A stretch of 64,000 nt of DNA, from the NCBI GenBank assembly GCA_965198235.1, contig OZ240248.1:2592001-2656000 (forward strand). The letters are read 5' to 3'. The translations under genes were made by a program, and so were the position numbers. This document shows, in pieces, positions 29,886 to 39,152 of the stretch. Under the pieces are notes generated by a model. That model had not been told where the DNA came from. It searched no databases and saw only the letters and a program-made list of their open reading frames with translations. Each line of letters opens with the position of its first letter. The first letter of the stretch is position 1. The DNA is from Candidatus Poribacteria bacterium (GTDB lineage: Bacteria > Poribacteria > WGA-4E > WGA-3G).

Positions 29886-30860
29886 ATGAAAGAAACTATA
29901 TTTTTACGTTTGCTCAAGCCAGTTCTGGTCATCAGTTTCGCTTGTTCGTTTGTATTTACAGCGGTGGGACAGAATTATTATCCGGCAGACGTTGGGAATA
30001 CGTGGGTTTTAGAGAGCATTGATGGCGAAGAACGAAGCACCTATACCCTTGAGACATCCGAAACTGCTGACGGTGAAGAGCGTATCCTATTGAAAATTAG
30101 GACTGAGGAGCTCAGCACGGGTGAAGCTGAAACAGATCACTATTTTTTGACTGTTGATAGTGAAGCCATTAAACTTCATAGAATCATCTTGGAAGACGCT
30201 GTTGCTACCTTGCATGCTGATTTTCAAACACCTGTTACTTTTTTCCCTTTACACTTGGAACTGGGTGATAAATGGCAGATAGCGGCGGACGCAGAGGCGA
30301 AATTAGTAGGCGGAATCACAATACCTGGGAAAAGCGTCACAGATTTGGAGGTCGTTGGGTTTGAGGACGTGGACACACCCGCAGGAACGTTCCAGAACTG
30401 CGCGAAGGTCCAGTTAGACTTGCGTCTCACTGCCAGGGGTGGATTCCTAAATCTTGATATTGATTCAACTACCTACCAATGGCTCGCTCCAGATGTAGGT
30501 CCCGTCCAGTACGAAAATAGTGATCGCTTGATTTTTGGCTTGGTAAGTTCCAACCTGCTAACCGTGCCTGAGGAACCTGAAACTACAGAGGAAAACGTTA
30601 TGCCCGAAACGTCTCCGGAGGAAGATGTTACACCCGAAACACTTCCTGAGGAGGACACTGTGCCTGAACAGCCTTCTAAGGAGGACACGATGCCTGAACC
30701 ATCGCCTTACGATGTGACAGGGGATGGTGTTGTGAATATCTTAGACCTCACTTTTGTGGCTTCTCGCTTCGGAGAATCCGATTCCGACGCAGATGTCACA
30801 GGCGATGGCACTGTTAACATTTTGGATTTGGTCCTTATCGCACAAAATTTTGGGAACTGA
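29886..30860 (+). CDS. Secreted protein: shared N-terminal domain, acidic repeats, dockerin-like C-terminus
   Basis: Signal peptide; QNYYPADVGNTW; duplicated DVTGDG.VNILDL. Confidence 0.85.
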   Translation: MKETIFLRLLKPVLVISFACSFVFTAVGQNYYPADVGNTWVLESIDGEERSTYTLETSETADGEERILLKIRTEELSTGEAETDHYFLTVDSEAIKLHRIILEDAVATLHADFQTPVTFFPLHLELGDKWQIAADAEAKLVGGITIPGKSVTDLEVVGFEDVDTPAGTFQNCAKVQLDLRLTARGGFLNLDIDSTTYQWLAPDVGPVQYENSDRLIFGLVSSNLLTVPEEPETTEENVMPETSPEEDVTPETLPEEDTVPEQPSKEDTMPEPSPYDVTGDGVVNILDLTFVASRFGESDSDADVTGDGTVNILDLVLIAQNFGN

Positions 30861-30968
30861 CCTTAAAAATCCTGTAATGAGTGTCCTAATCCGATATTTT
30901 TTCTTGAAAACCTTTGATGAATGTGATAATCTTTGTGTGTTGTTGCATGGAGCTTGGAAAAGATCAGT

Positions 30969-31172
30969 ATGGTAAGTTGGAAAATAGCATTAGTTGTTGT
31001 TATCATTGTCGCTCTGGTGATGGCGATCGGAATGTGGTTTGGGTATCGATGCGTCTCAGAACAGGATGACATCTCGCCAGAGGGATGGCGTGAGCGCTCT
31101 AACACGACTGACTTGCATCTTGATAAATTATTTGTGCTTGCACCCGCCCTCGCGAGCGTTTCACAGGAATGA
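30969..31172 (+). CDS. Small membrane protein (hypothetical)
   Basis: Single hydrophobic N-terminal helix. Confidence 0.4.
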   Translation: MVSWKIALVVVIIVALVMAIGMWFGYRCVSEQDDISPEGWRERSNTTDLHLDKLFVLAPALASVSQE

Positions 31173-31232
31173 TTTAACTTTTTGTGAACATTACTTAAGT
31201 TTATATCTTTTTGAAAAAAGGAGATATGGGTT

Positions 31233-33263
31233 ATGAAAACTCCCAAATTTGTGTCTTGGCTGACACTGGTCTTGGTGTTAAGCCTTGTTTGTAGTTTTGC
31301 ACTCACAGCGGTGGCACAAAATTATTACCCGTCGGAGGTCGGCAATACGTGGGTTTTCTTGAGTGCTGACGGTGCAGAGCAACGCACCTATTCGCTTGAA
31401 AAACCTGAGGACGTTGATAGTGAGGAACTTATCGTCCTGAAGATTACCACTGAGGCACTCGGGACAGACGTAGTTATTGTTGACAAGTACTTTATAACTG
31501 TTGATAGTGATGGAGGGCTTTTCCTACATCAAAGTGCCGTGGACCAAGGCGCGTTCGGCATCGCAGAATCGACGCTTGACCCGCCGGCCACTTTCTTTCC
31601 AGCCGTACTGCCATTAGGGCATACGTGGGAGATTGTGACGCAAGCGGAGCTGAAACTGGTGGGGACCGCGGACACTACCAGTACTATAACAGTTGTTGCA
31701 ATTGAGGATGTCGAAACCGCGATCGGAACGTTTGAGAACTGCGTCAAGCTCGAAATTAATCGGAGAAGCGTCACGGCACTTGCAGTTGTCCGTTCGACCT
31801 ATTACCAATGGTTGGCACCTGGTGTCGGTCCCGTCAAATATCAGAACGATCAAGAGGTTCTGTTTGAATTGCAGAGTTACAATCTTGTTGAGCCATCATC
31901 TGCTGAGGAAGCACCCTCTGTTGAGGAGACCCCAGCCGCTGAAGAAGCACCCGCTGCAGAGGAGACACCACCTGCTGAAGAAGTGGCTCCCGTTGAAGAT
32001 GCACCCCCCACCGAGGAAGCACCTGCTGAAACTCCTGAGGAACCAGCCGCAGAAGAACCAATGCCAGAACCCGTCGTAGAAGGTCCTGGTTTTGATATGA
32101 CCCTTGAACCCGGTTTAAACATGATTTCTATTCCGCTGATGCCGGTAGAACCTTACACAGCGAAATCGTTGGCAGAAATGCTGAACGCGACAGCTATTAT
32201 TCAACTCGAGGCGGCGACACAGCGTTTTGTCGCTTACACGGTTGCTGATGAAGGTGATGGCTTTGGCGTTACGGGGGACAAAGGTTATATCGTGAATACT
32301 CCTGCTGGAGGCATGGTAAAGTTCACAGGTGATGCGTGGGACAACCAGCCTGAACCGGAACCGATGCCAGATGAACCTGTTGCTGAGGATGCACCCGCTG
32401 AAGATGCACCCGCTGATGACGCAGTTGCCGAAGATGCTCCTGCTGACGACGCACCCGTTGATGACGCAGTTGCCGAAGATGCTCCTGCTGACGACGCAGC
32501 TGTTGAAGATGCAGCCGCTGAGGATGCTCCTGCCGATGACGCAGCCGCTGATGCCGATGGAGACGACGCTGCTGGAGATGACGCAGCTGCTGATGCCGCA
32601 CCCGCTGATGCCGGTGGAGATGCCGCACCCGCCGCACCCGCACTCTCAACCTATGACAGCGCATGGGCGTTCATCGTTACCAGTGACATCCATGGCATGG
32701 AAACAGGCACAGGGTATATCCTCGTCGCTGAGAACCTCCGCGCTGGTACTATCGCTACCGAGAACATCACAAGCACTGCGAAACGTTCCTCTGCTGTCTG
32801 GGCAGACCTGAACCGCAAGAGCGTCGTTGAAGCAGGCGATAAACTCGAAATTGCCCTTTACGACGACCGCGGTAGAATCGTGTCAGGTCCGTTCCAACGC
32901 ACGGTTACGACATCTGACATTCGCAATGCGTTCCTGAGTCTGCAGCTGAATGTTGGAGATGTGCAGCCGCAAGACACGCTTTTGGCGCAGAACTTCCCGA
33001 ATCCGTTCAATCCAGAAACATGGATTCCGTATCAGTTGAGCAAAGCGACAGAAGTCAAGATTGATATTTATGATGTATCGGGTCACTTAGTTCGTTCGTT
33101 GGATTTGGGTTGGCAGCCGTTAGGTTCGTATATGATGCCGTCGAGTGCTGCTTACTGGGATGGTAAGAACGCAGTAGGTGAGCGTGTAGCGAGTGGTATT
33201 TACTTCTATACGCTACAGACATCAGATTTTACCGCAACCCGACGGATGGTTATCCTCAAGTAG
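31233..33263 (+). CDS. Secreted paralog with acidic repeats and FlgD-Ig/sorting-type C-terminal domain
   Basis: QNYYPSEVGNTW; LAQNFPNPFNPETWIPY..WDGKN..GERVASGIYFY. Confidence 0.88.
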   Translation: MKTPKFVSWLTLVLVLSLVCSFALTAVAQNYYPSEVGNTWVFLSADGAEQRTYSLEKPEDVDSEELIVLKITTEALGTDVVIVDKYFITVDSDGGLFLHQSAVDQGAFGIAESTLDPPATFFPAVLPLGHTWEIVTQAELKLVGTADTTSTITVVAIEDVETAIGTFENCVKLEINRRSVTALAVVRSTYYQWLAPGVGPVKYQNDQEVLFELQSYNLVEPSSAEEAPSVEETPAAEEAPAAEETPPAEEVAPVEDAPPTEEAPAETPEEPAAEEPMPEPVVEGPGFDMTLEPGLNMISIPLMPVEPYTAKSLAEMLNATAIIQLEAATQRFVAYTVADEGDGFGVTGDKGYIVNTPAGGMVKFTGDAWDNQPEPEPMPDEPVAEDAPAEDAPADDAVAEDAPADDAPVDDAVAEDAPADDAAVEDAAAEDAPADDAAADADGDDAAGDDAAADAAPADAGGDAAPAAPALSTYDSAWAFIVTSDIHGMETGTGYILVAENLRAGTIATENITSTAKRSSAVWADLNRKSVVEAGDKLEIALYDDRGRIVSGPFQRTVTTSDIRNAFLSLQLNVGDVQPQDTLLAQNFPNPFNPETWIPYQLSKATEVKIDIYDVSGHLVRSLDLGWQPLGSYMMPSSAAYWDGKNAVGERVASGIYFYTLQTSDFTATRRMVILK

Positions 33264-33288
33264 GGAACACGGCAAACACAATTCACTC

Positions 33289-33322
33289 AAACGCCTTGGT
33301 GTCTTCATCAAGGCGTTTTTTT
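33289..33322 (+). terminator. Intrinsic terminator
   Basis: AAACGCCTTG / CAAGGCGTTT stem followed by a T-run. Confidence 0.8.
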
Positions 33323-33343
33323 AGCGCATCTCGCTATTTTTAG

Positions 33344-33352
33344 TGGTATAAT
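33344..33352 (+). promoter_or_regulatory. Extended -10 element
   Basis: TGGTATAAT about 35 nt before ATG 33387. Confidence 0.5.
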
Positions 33353-33386
33353 TGTAACCACACCCACTTCGACAAAGGGGAATCAA

Positions 33387-34193
33387 ATGGTCAGAAATAC
33401 CGTCCTGCTTGTTGTACTGCTCTGTGTTTTCGCCAGTATAACGAATGCTCAGAATTATTACCCTGCTGATATCGGGAATACTTGGGTATTGGAGAGCGAA
33501 GACGGTGCGGAACGTACCACTTACACAATTGAGGCAACCGATGAACCTTTCAACGGCGAACACGTCCGCATCCTTAAAATCACAACAGAAGTATTAGGCA
33601 CAAGCACTGTCAATACAAGCACCTTCTTTGTACAAGTAGACGAAGAGGGGATGAAACTTCACAGAATAGTTGCCGAGCTTGGTGACGTTTTTGGCGTGGC
33701 GCGCGTAGAATTCTCGCCACCTGCTATATTTTTTCCGCCGATGCTTCGACTTGGAGAAGTATGGGAGACGCAGGGAGAGACAGAAGTAAATATAGTAGGT
33801 GCCCTTACGATCTCCAGTGTGAACGAAGTTGTCGCCATTGAGGACGTAAACACATCGGCAGGACCATTTGAGAACTGCTTGAAAATTCGAGTGAGATCGA
33901 AAACGACCGCTGCGTTGGGAGCGAGTCGTTCCACCTCCTACCAGTGGCTTGCTCCTAATTTCGGACCCGTTAAATTTGAAACAGATCAGGATATTATCTT
34001 TGAATTGATAAGTTCAAATCTGCTCGCGACCGAGATGCCTTATGACGTGAATGCCGATGGAACTGTGAATATCTTGGACCTCGTCTTTGTGGCTTCTCGC
34101 TTTGGGCAGGCTGATCCGACTGCTGATGTAAACGCCGATGGCATCGTTAATATTCTCGATTTGACGCTTATTGCTCAGAATTTCGGGAATTAA
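33387..34193 (+). CDS. Secreted paralog with dockerin-like C-terminus
   Basis: QNYYPADIGNTW; duplicated DVNADG.VNILDL. Confidence 0.85.
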   Translation: MVRNTVLLVVLLCVFASITNAQNYYPADIGNTWVLESEDGAERTTYTIEATDEPFNGEHVRILKITTEVLGTSTVNTSTFFVQVDEEGMKLHRIVAELGDVFGVARVEFSPPAIFFPPMLRLGEVWETQGETEVNIVGALTISSVNEVVAIEDVNTSAGPFENCLKIRVRSKTTAALGASRSTSYQWLAPNFGPVKFETDQDIIFELISSNLLATEMPYDVNADGTVNILDLVFVASRFGQADPTADVNADGIVNILDLTLIAQNFGN

Positions 34194-34248
34194 AAATATA
34201 AAGATAGGTTTCCATATCTCAATACCTTCGCCAAAAAATAAAGGAGGG

Positions 34249-35829
34249 TTACAAAACTCGCTTTTGAGTTTTATGTGTCGCAAGTGTTTCCTCATGCCAC
34301 GCGGATGCTTCGTCTCTGGTTCGAAATCGCCACGAAAATGTAAGCAACGTATCGCCTCCGTTATAGAAAACTGCTTCTGTGTTCCCTTCTCTGTTTCCTA
34401 AAATAGGACGCACCAGAGAGAGCAGTGTCGGTGGTGGATGTTTTCTTCCGTTGCTCTGTCGGACCTCCAGAAGTTGTGTAACTTCACTCTGAACCTCACG
34501 CGTGCCAAGAAGCAGGGGACCATAGCACGCCGTGACCGCGCCTTGTCCCCAGTTCCGTCCATGTCCCGCCGCAATTGAGCAGACCGCGCCTCCCATATCG
34601 GCGTGTTCCCTGCCACCGCGTAGCACACGCCTCGCAATATGTAGACGCGTCGCAGCACTTCGCAACGCACGCGCCGCGTAAGCAATCTCACCTGTCACCT
34701 CATAGGCAAGCGTTAGGGTGGCAGTTGACGGCTCTTGAATCGGTTTCACGGATCCATCATCCGACCATTCACCCCAATATGCCATATCCGCGCGTTTACC
34801 GACACCGAGTTCCCGACGGCGTGTCTCTTGTGGGAAAATCAAAGCCAGCAGTTCTGGGGGTTCATCACGGAGCTCCGCCAATCCCGCACAGATCTCCTCA
34901 TCAAATCCAGTATCCTTAAAAGTCCAACGATAGTAACTCAACGCAGCCGCTGCAGGGTCATTATACGGATCGCTCAACGATGTTACTAATGGTTCTATAA
35001 TCCGCTTTGCCGCCCTTTTGAAAACCTCTTCTCCGGACAGCAGATAGAGATCCCCCAACGCATAGATGGCACCGGAAGCCAACAAGACTTCAATGCCAGC
35101 GATCGGGTCGCCCGGTATATGGTGCGTACTTGCTACAAGCCGATGTAAATTCTTCGCATCAACCGCTGCTTCGTCAAGCCCCTCTCCGTCAAGCGTCCAG
35201 AGCAACGGCATTGGGTCCGGTGCCTCAATAAGCCGTTCGGCGCGCTTTCTTCCGTACCGCAACGCCCACGTTAGATAGCGTTCCTCGCCTGTCACACGAT
35301 ACGCCGCAATCGCGATATGGATGAATCGAAAATGTTCCGCCATTTCATACGCGTCCTTTTCATCGTTCGTCACATCTCGGCTGCCAATGTTGTAACCGAT
35401 AAACGTATCTCGGTCGTAATCATACCAAGGTGGGATCTCTGATACCCAATTCCCGATGTGTTCCGCCGCATCTGTCAGGAGCGTAACCGCTTCCGTATCC
35501 TCCGGCATCAGACCGATGTAACGCGGTAGGAAAAGGAGGAAAGGTTCCGGTCCGTGATGTGCCTCTGCCTTCGGTTCATAGCCGTGGACGCAATCACGTT
35601 TCACCCAACCGAGCAGTGCCCCCTTCAATGTGTCGAAGTGCTGTAGGACGGTCGCATCACCAGTAATTAGGTAATGCGGGAACCATGCGAGTGCATAGTT
35701 CGCCTCGTCCTCGCCGCCATCGTTGGGACCTGGCGGATCGAGCAGCATGCTCTGTTTCAGCCATCGTCCCATTTCGCTTTTGAGCGTGGTATACGCCTCA
35801 TAGCATTCATCATGGATAGTCTTGTTCAT
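34249..35829 (-). CDS. Hypothetical protein, possibly alpha/alpha-barrel carbohydrate-active
   Basis: 526-aa ORF with SD AGGAG; recurring (Y)xxTGExxY helix-hairpin motifs. Confidence 0.6.
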   Translation of the reverse strand: MNKTIHDECYEAYTTLKSEMGRWLKQSMLLDPPGPNDGGEDEANYALAWFPHYLITGDATVLQHFDTLKGALLGWVKRDCVHGYEPKAEAHHGPEPFLLFLPRYIGLMPEDTEAVTLLTDAAEHIGNWVSEIPPWYDYDRDTFIGYNIGSRDVTNDEKDAYEMAEHFRFIHIAIAAYRVTGEERYLTWALRYGRKRAERLIEAPDPMPLLWTLDGEGLDEAAVDAKNLHRLVASTHHIPGDPIAGIEVLLASGAIYALGDLYLLSGEEVFKRAAKRIIEPLVTSLSDPYNDPAAAALSYYRWTFKDTGFDEEICAGLAELRDEPPELLALIFPQETRRRELGVGKRADMAYWGEWSDDGSVKPIQEPSTATLTLAYEVTGEIAYAARALRSAATRLHIARRVLRGGREHADMGGAVCSIAAGHGRNWGQGAVTACYGPLLLGTREVQSEVTQLLEVRQSNGRKHPPPTLLSLVRPILGNREGNTEAVFYNGGDTLLTFSWRFRTRDEASAWHEETLATHKTQKRVL

Positions 35830-35838
35830 CGTTCTCTC

Positions 35839-36648
35839 CTATAGCAGCGACTTCACAAATTCAATGCTCTGTTTTGCAATCGTTTGCGGATCCGGGTTGA
35901 AGTCGAAAACCTCCGTCGAGACATAACCTTTGTAATCAATCTCTTTCAAGGCTTCAATAATTGGCGGATAATCTACATTGCCAGAACCCGGCAGATAGCC
36001 GTTGTCGTCGTTGGAATGGAAATGTGCAACGTGCGGAGCATGGTTACGGATTTGTGTCGGCATATCCAAGCCCTCTTTCGCAGTGCTACACACATCCAGG
36101 ATCATCTGGAAGTTTGGATGATTGACATCCGTCACCATTTCGACTGCTTTGTCTGGGTTCGTGATGAAGTTCGTCTGATCGCTCGATAATGGTTCCATGC
36201 ACAACACCACATCTCTTTCACCTGCCAGTTCAGCACCTTCTGAGAAAGTCGCCCGCGCGTATTCCCAAGCTTCTTCAAACGAGAGGGGTTCCATTACATT
36301 TCGTTGCTGTGGTGAACCGATAACCATCACTTTGCCATCTAAGTCGGCACATAGGTTAATCAGCGCGAGGAAATAGTCCCGCGTTTCTTTCCGAATATCT
36401 GCGTCCGGGTGATTAATATACAGTCCGGGGGGCGAGACGAGTAGCCAATGAAGTCCAGCAATCTCTATCTTCGCGCTTTCTGCTGCCTTGCGGATGCGTG
36501 TCCGTTCGGTCCCGCTGATGTCAAGGACTGAGTCGGCTAAAGTGAACGGTGCGATCTCAACTGCCTCGTAACCGAGTTCAGCAGTATAGGTAAAAATATC
36601 TTCGATTTTCCAATTTTCAAACATTTCGTTGCATATTGCAATTCTCAT
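35839..36648 (-). CDS. Sugar phosphate isomerase/epimerase (TIM barrel)
   Basis: GYEAVEI, MEPL, HFHSND..PGSG, STEVF. Confidence 0.88.
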   Translation of the reverse strand: MRIAICNEMFENWKIEDIFTYTAELGYEAVEIAPFTLADSVLDISGTERTRIRKAAESAKIEIAGLHWLLVSPPGLYINHPDADIRKETRDYFLALINLCADLDGKVMVIGSPQQRNVMEPLSFEEAWEYARATFSEGAELAGERDVVLCMEPLSSDQTNFITNPDKAVEMVTDVNHPNFQMILDVCSTAKEGLDMPTQIRNHAPHVAHFHSNDDNGYLPGSGNVDYPPIIEALKEIDYKGYVSTEVFDFNPDPQTIAKQSIEFVKSLL

Positions 36649-36718
36649 TCTCTGTCCTACTTTCATTTTTTCCACTATTCTAAAGGGACTGTGCATTTTT
36701 GTCAAATTTTGCTATTGT

Positions 36719-36900
36719 TCAAAAACGCCGGACCAATTCCATGCTCCAAAATCGCGGTTCATTGACATAACCGGTCAGATTGTTGAAGTCAATACCACCA
36801 GTGGGAGATGTATCGTTAAGGATATTGCGTCCTATAAGTGCTACCTCTATATCGGCGTTTGGGAATAGGTAAGCGAGTCGGACACCGCCCTCCAGGAGCC
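36719..36900 (-). pseudogene. C-terminal remnant resembling a TonB-dependent receptor
   Basis: EVALIGRNILND..YVNEPRFWSMELVRRF end with no upstream barrel. Confidence 0.55.
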
Positions 36901-37020
36901 AATCGTCAGCGAATTCCACCGATTCATCATAACTCTCCTGTGGAAGTGATCTCCTGATCGCGACATTGTGATGTATTGTGTCAGATTTCACGACATTCTA
37001 TTTGACCTATAGGTTATCCC

Positions 37021-37050
37021 GCTGATTGCTGACCGCTGACTGCTGAGTGC
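37021..37050. repeat. 7-bp tandem repeat (GCTGAnn x4)
   Basis: GCTGATT GCTGACC GCTGACT GCTGAGT GC. Confidence 0.7.
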
Positions 37051-37067
37051 CATTCCATAAATATTCC

Positions 37068-37095
37068 TTGACATTCGATCTCGTGTTCGTATAAT
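37068..37095 (+). promoter_or_regulatory. Consensus sigma70 promoter
   Basis: TTGACA, 16-bp spacer, TATAAT. Confidence 0.75.
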
Positions 37096-37141
37096 AGCCA
37101 GATAGCACTACGTTACAAATTTCAGATTTTGGAGATGAACT

Positions 37142-38143
37142 ATGGCGAAAATACGGATGGCGCAGTACGGAACCAAACACGGGCATGCACGCGGGAAGTT
37201 GCAGGCAATGCTTGTCAATCCTGACGTTGAAGTCGCAGGTGTATTTGAACCCGACGCGCAACAACGCGAAAAACTTCAAGCTGACGGCGAGACGTTTGCT
37301 GATGTTCACTGGTTTGCGGATGCTGCAGAAATGTTGGATGATGACACTATCGTAGCAGTTGCTTCTGAAGGTAACAACGCCGAGAGTTTAGATCAGACGG
37401 AGCAGATTGTAAACGCTGGCAAACACCTCTGGTACGACAAGCCTGCTGGTGAAAACTGGGAGCAATGGCAGCGCGTCATTAACACCGCCCAAGAAAAATC
37501 ACTACTTGTACAAATGGGCTATATGTTGCGGTATCACTCTGCCTTTAAACAGGTCGCCGAGTGGGTGAAATCTGGATTTTTAGGTGATGTTTTTTCCGTT
37601 CGCGCACACATGTCGACCAATATTTCTCACGAAGCGCGCACGCGTATCAGCCAACACATCGGTGGTATCTTTTTCGATTTGGGTGGACATGTACTCGACC
37701 AAGTGCTCTGGCTTCTCGGACGACCGGAGAAGGTGACCTCTTTCCTCCGAAACGATGGCGATTCAGTCGAGCCTTTCAAAGATAATACCCTAACTGTCTA
37801 TGAGTTTGAAAAGGCAGTGGCATTTATCTCGATTTCTGCTTTGGAGCCGAGACCGGTTGCGCGTCGATTTGAAGTCTACGGTACCAAGGGGAGTGCTATC
37901 ATCGTTGAACCCTTTGAACCGGGATTGAAGGTTCGACTCTGCTTGGAGGAAACGAAGGATGGATATTCACAGGGTGAACAGGTTGTTGAGATAGCGGGTG
38001 AAAGCCGTCAACGCACCTATGAGCTTGAACTTGACGCGTTTTTAGCGACCATTGCCGGAACGCAGCCTCCTGATCGTCCGGTATCACATGAACTGTTGGT
38101 ACAGGAAACGCTACTGCGAGCCACGGGAGTTATATCGGGTTGA
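37142..38143 (+). CDS. Gfo/Idh/MocA oxidoreductase
   Basis: Rossmann N-terminus, GKHLWYDKP, DLGGHVLD. Confidence 0.9.
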   Translation: MAKIRMAQYGTKHGHARGKLQAMLVNPDVEVAGVFEPDAQQREKLQADGETFADVHWFADAAEMLDDDTIVAVASEGNNAESLDQTEQIVNAGKHLWYDKPAGENWEQWQRVINTAQEKSLLVQMGYMLRYHSAFKQVAEWVKSGFLGDVFSVRAHMSTNISHEARTRISQHIGGIFFDLGGHVLDQVLWLLGRPEKVTSFLRNDGDSVEPFKDNTLTVYEFEKAVAFISISALEPRPVARRFEVYGTKGSAIIVEPFEPGLKVRLCLEETKDGYSQGEQVVEIAGESRQRTYELELDAFLATIAGTQPPDRPVSHELLVQETLLRATGVISG

Positions 38144-38156
38144 CCCCAAAATTGAG

Positions 38157-38181
38157 TAGGCGCGCTTCGGAAGCGCGCCTA
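38157..38181. terminator. Perfect hairpin between convergent genes (terminator or REP)
   Basis: TAGGCGCGCTT-CGG-AAGCGCGCCTA. Confidence 0.65.
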
Positions 38182-38214
38182 ACGGAGAAACGTTTGTCGT
38201 AGATTGGATAGCAA

Positions 38215-38880
38215 CTAATCTTCCAATCCGCCCGCCCATTTGAGACATCCTATGATGTGTTCGTGGAACCATTTTTCGCTCCAAAGGGCATCGGGATGTC
38301 CGAGTGCCGTATACATCACGCGCCCTTTTCCGTAGGTATGGCACCAGCCGAGTGCGTAATCGTGGTCATCACGGTTACCGCGAGAGAGATCAATAGAATC
38401 GTTGTCCAAACGCATCAGGACCCGTGTTTTGGAGCGATCCCAATCTTTGAACGTGTAGATTTCATCGACGACCTTGAAACTGCTGCCTAACATACGAGTT
38501 GCTGGATGGTCCCCGTCTTCCACAATCACGTTCACTTCTTCATGCCACGGGTGTCCGGCGAAATAACCACCGAGCATCTCACCGTATTCGGGCCAGTCGT
38601 AGCAGGTATCTGTCGCGTTGTGGATGCCAAAGAATGCTTTGCCGTTCCGTACGAAACTCAACAGTGCCTCTTTTTGAGCGTCATCAAACGCGAGGTTACC
38701 TGTCGTTGCGAATGCGAGGATATCTTGGTTTTCGAGGTTTTCAGCAGTAATCCGGTCGCATCGGTGCGTTGTGGTGACGTTCCAACCGTTTGCTGCACCA
38801 ATCTGCTTCAGTGTAACTTCCGCATCCGGTAGATACGTGTGCTCAAAGCCAGCGGAATGGCGTAACATCAGAATGTTCAT
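38215..38880 (-). CDS. ThuA-like domain protein
   Basis: SAGFEH, GIHNATD, DEIY, GRVMYTALGH. Confidence 0.88.
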   Translation of the reverse strand: MNILMLRHSAGFEHTYLPDAEVTLKQIGAANGWNVTTTHRCDRITAENLENQDILAFATTGNLAFDDAQKEALLSFVRNGKAFFGIHNATDTCYDWPEYGEMLGGYFAGHPWHEEVNVIVEDGDHPATRMLGSSFKVVDEIYTFKDWDRSKTRVLMRLDNDSIDLSRGNRDDHDYALGWCHTYGKGRVMYTALGHPDALWSEKWFHEHIIGCLKWAGGLED

Positions 38881-39152
38881 AAAAAACTCCTTTGCAATAG
38901 GGCGGTGCGCGAGATTCATGACAATTAATTAAATTGATAATTCTCTGGTTTCCGAGTTAAATTTAGGAACTTTATCGGATCACGCGCTTTTTTCGTATAC
39001 GTATTATACAAAATTATCGGAAAAAATGTTAAACTATTTTGAGTTAAACCGTCACATAAAGCAGTGTTGACGTTCCGCTATGTGGTACGCTATTATTGAC
39101 AGTGACCCAACACTTTCTGAATATCCAATAAACAAAACTATAGGAGAACCGA

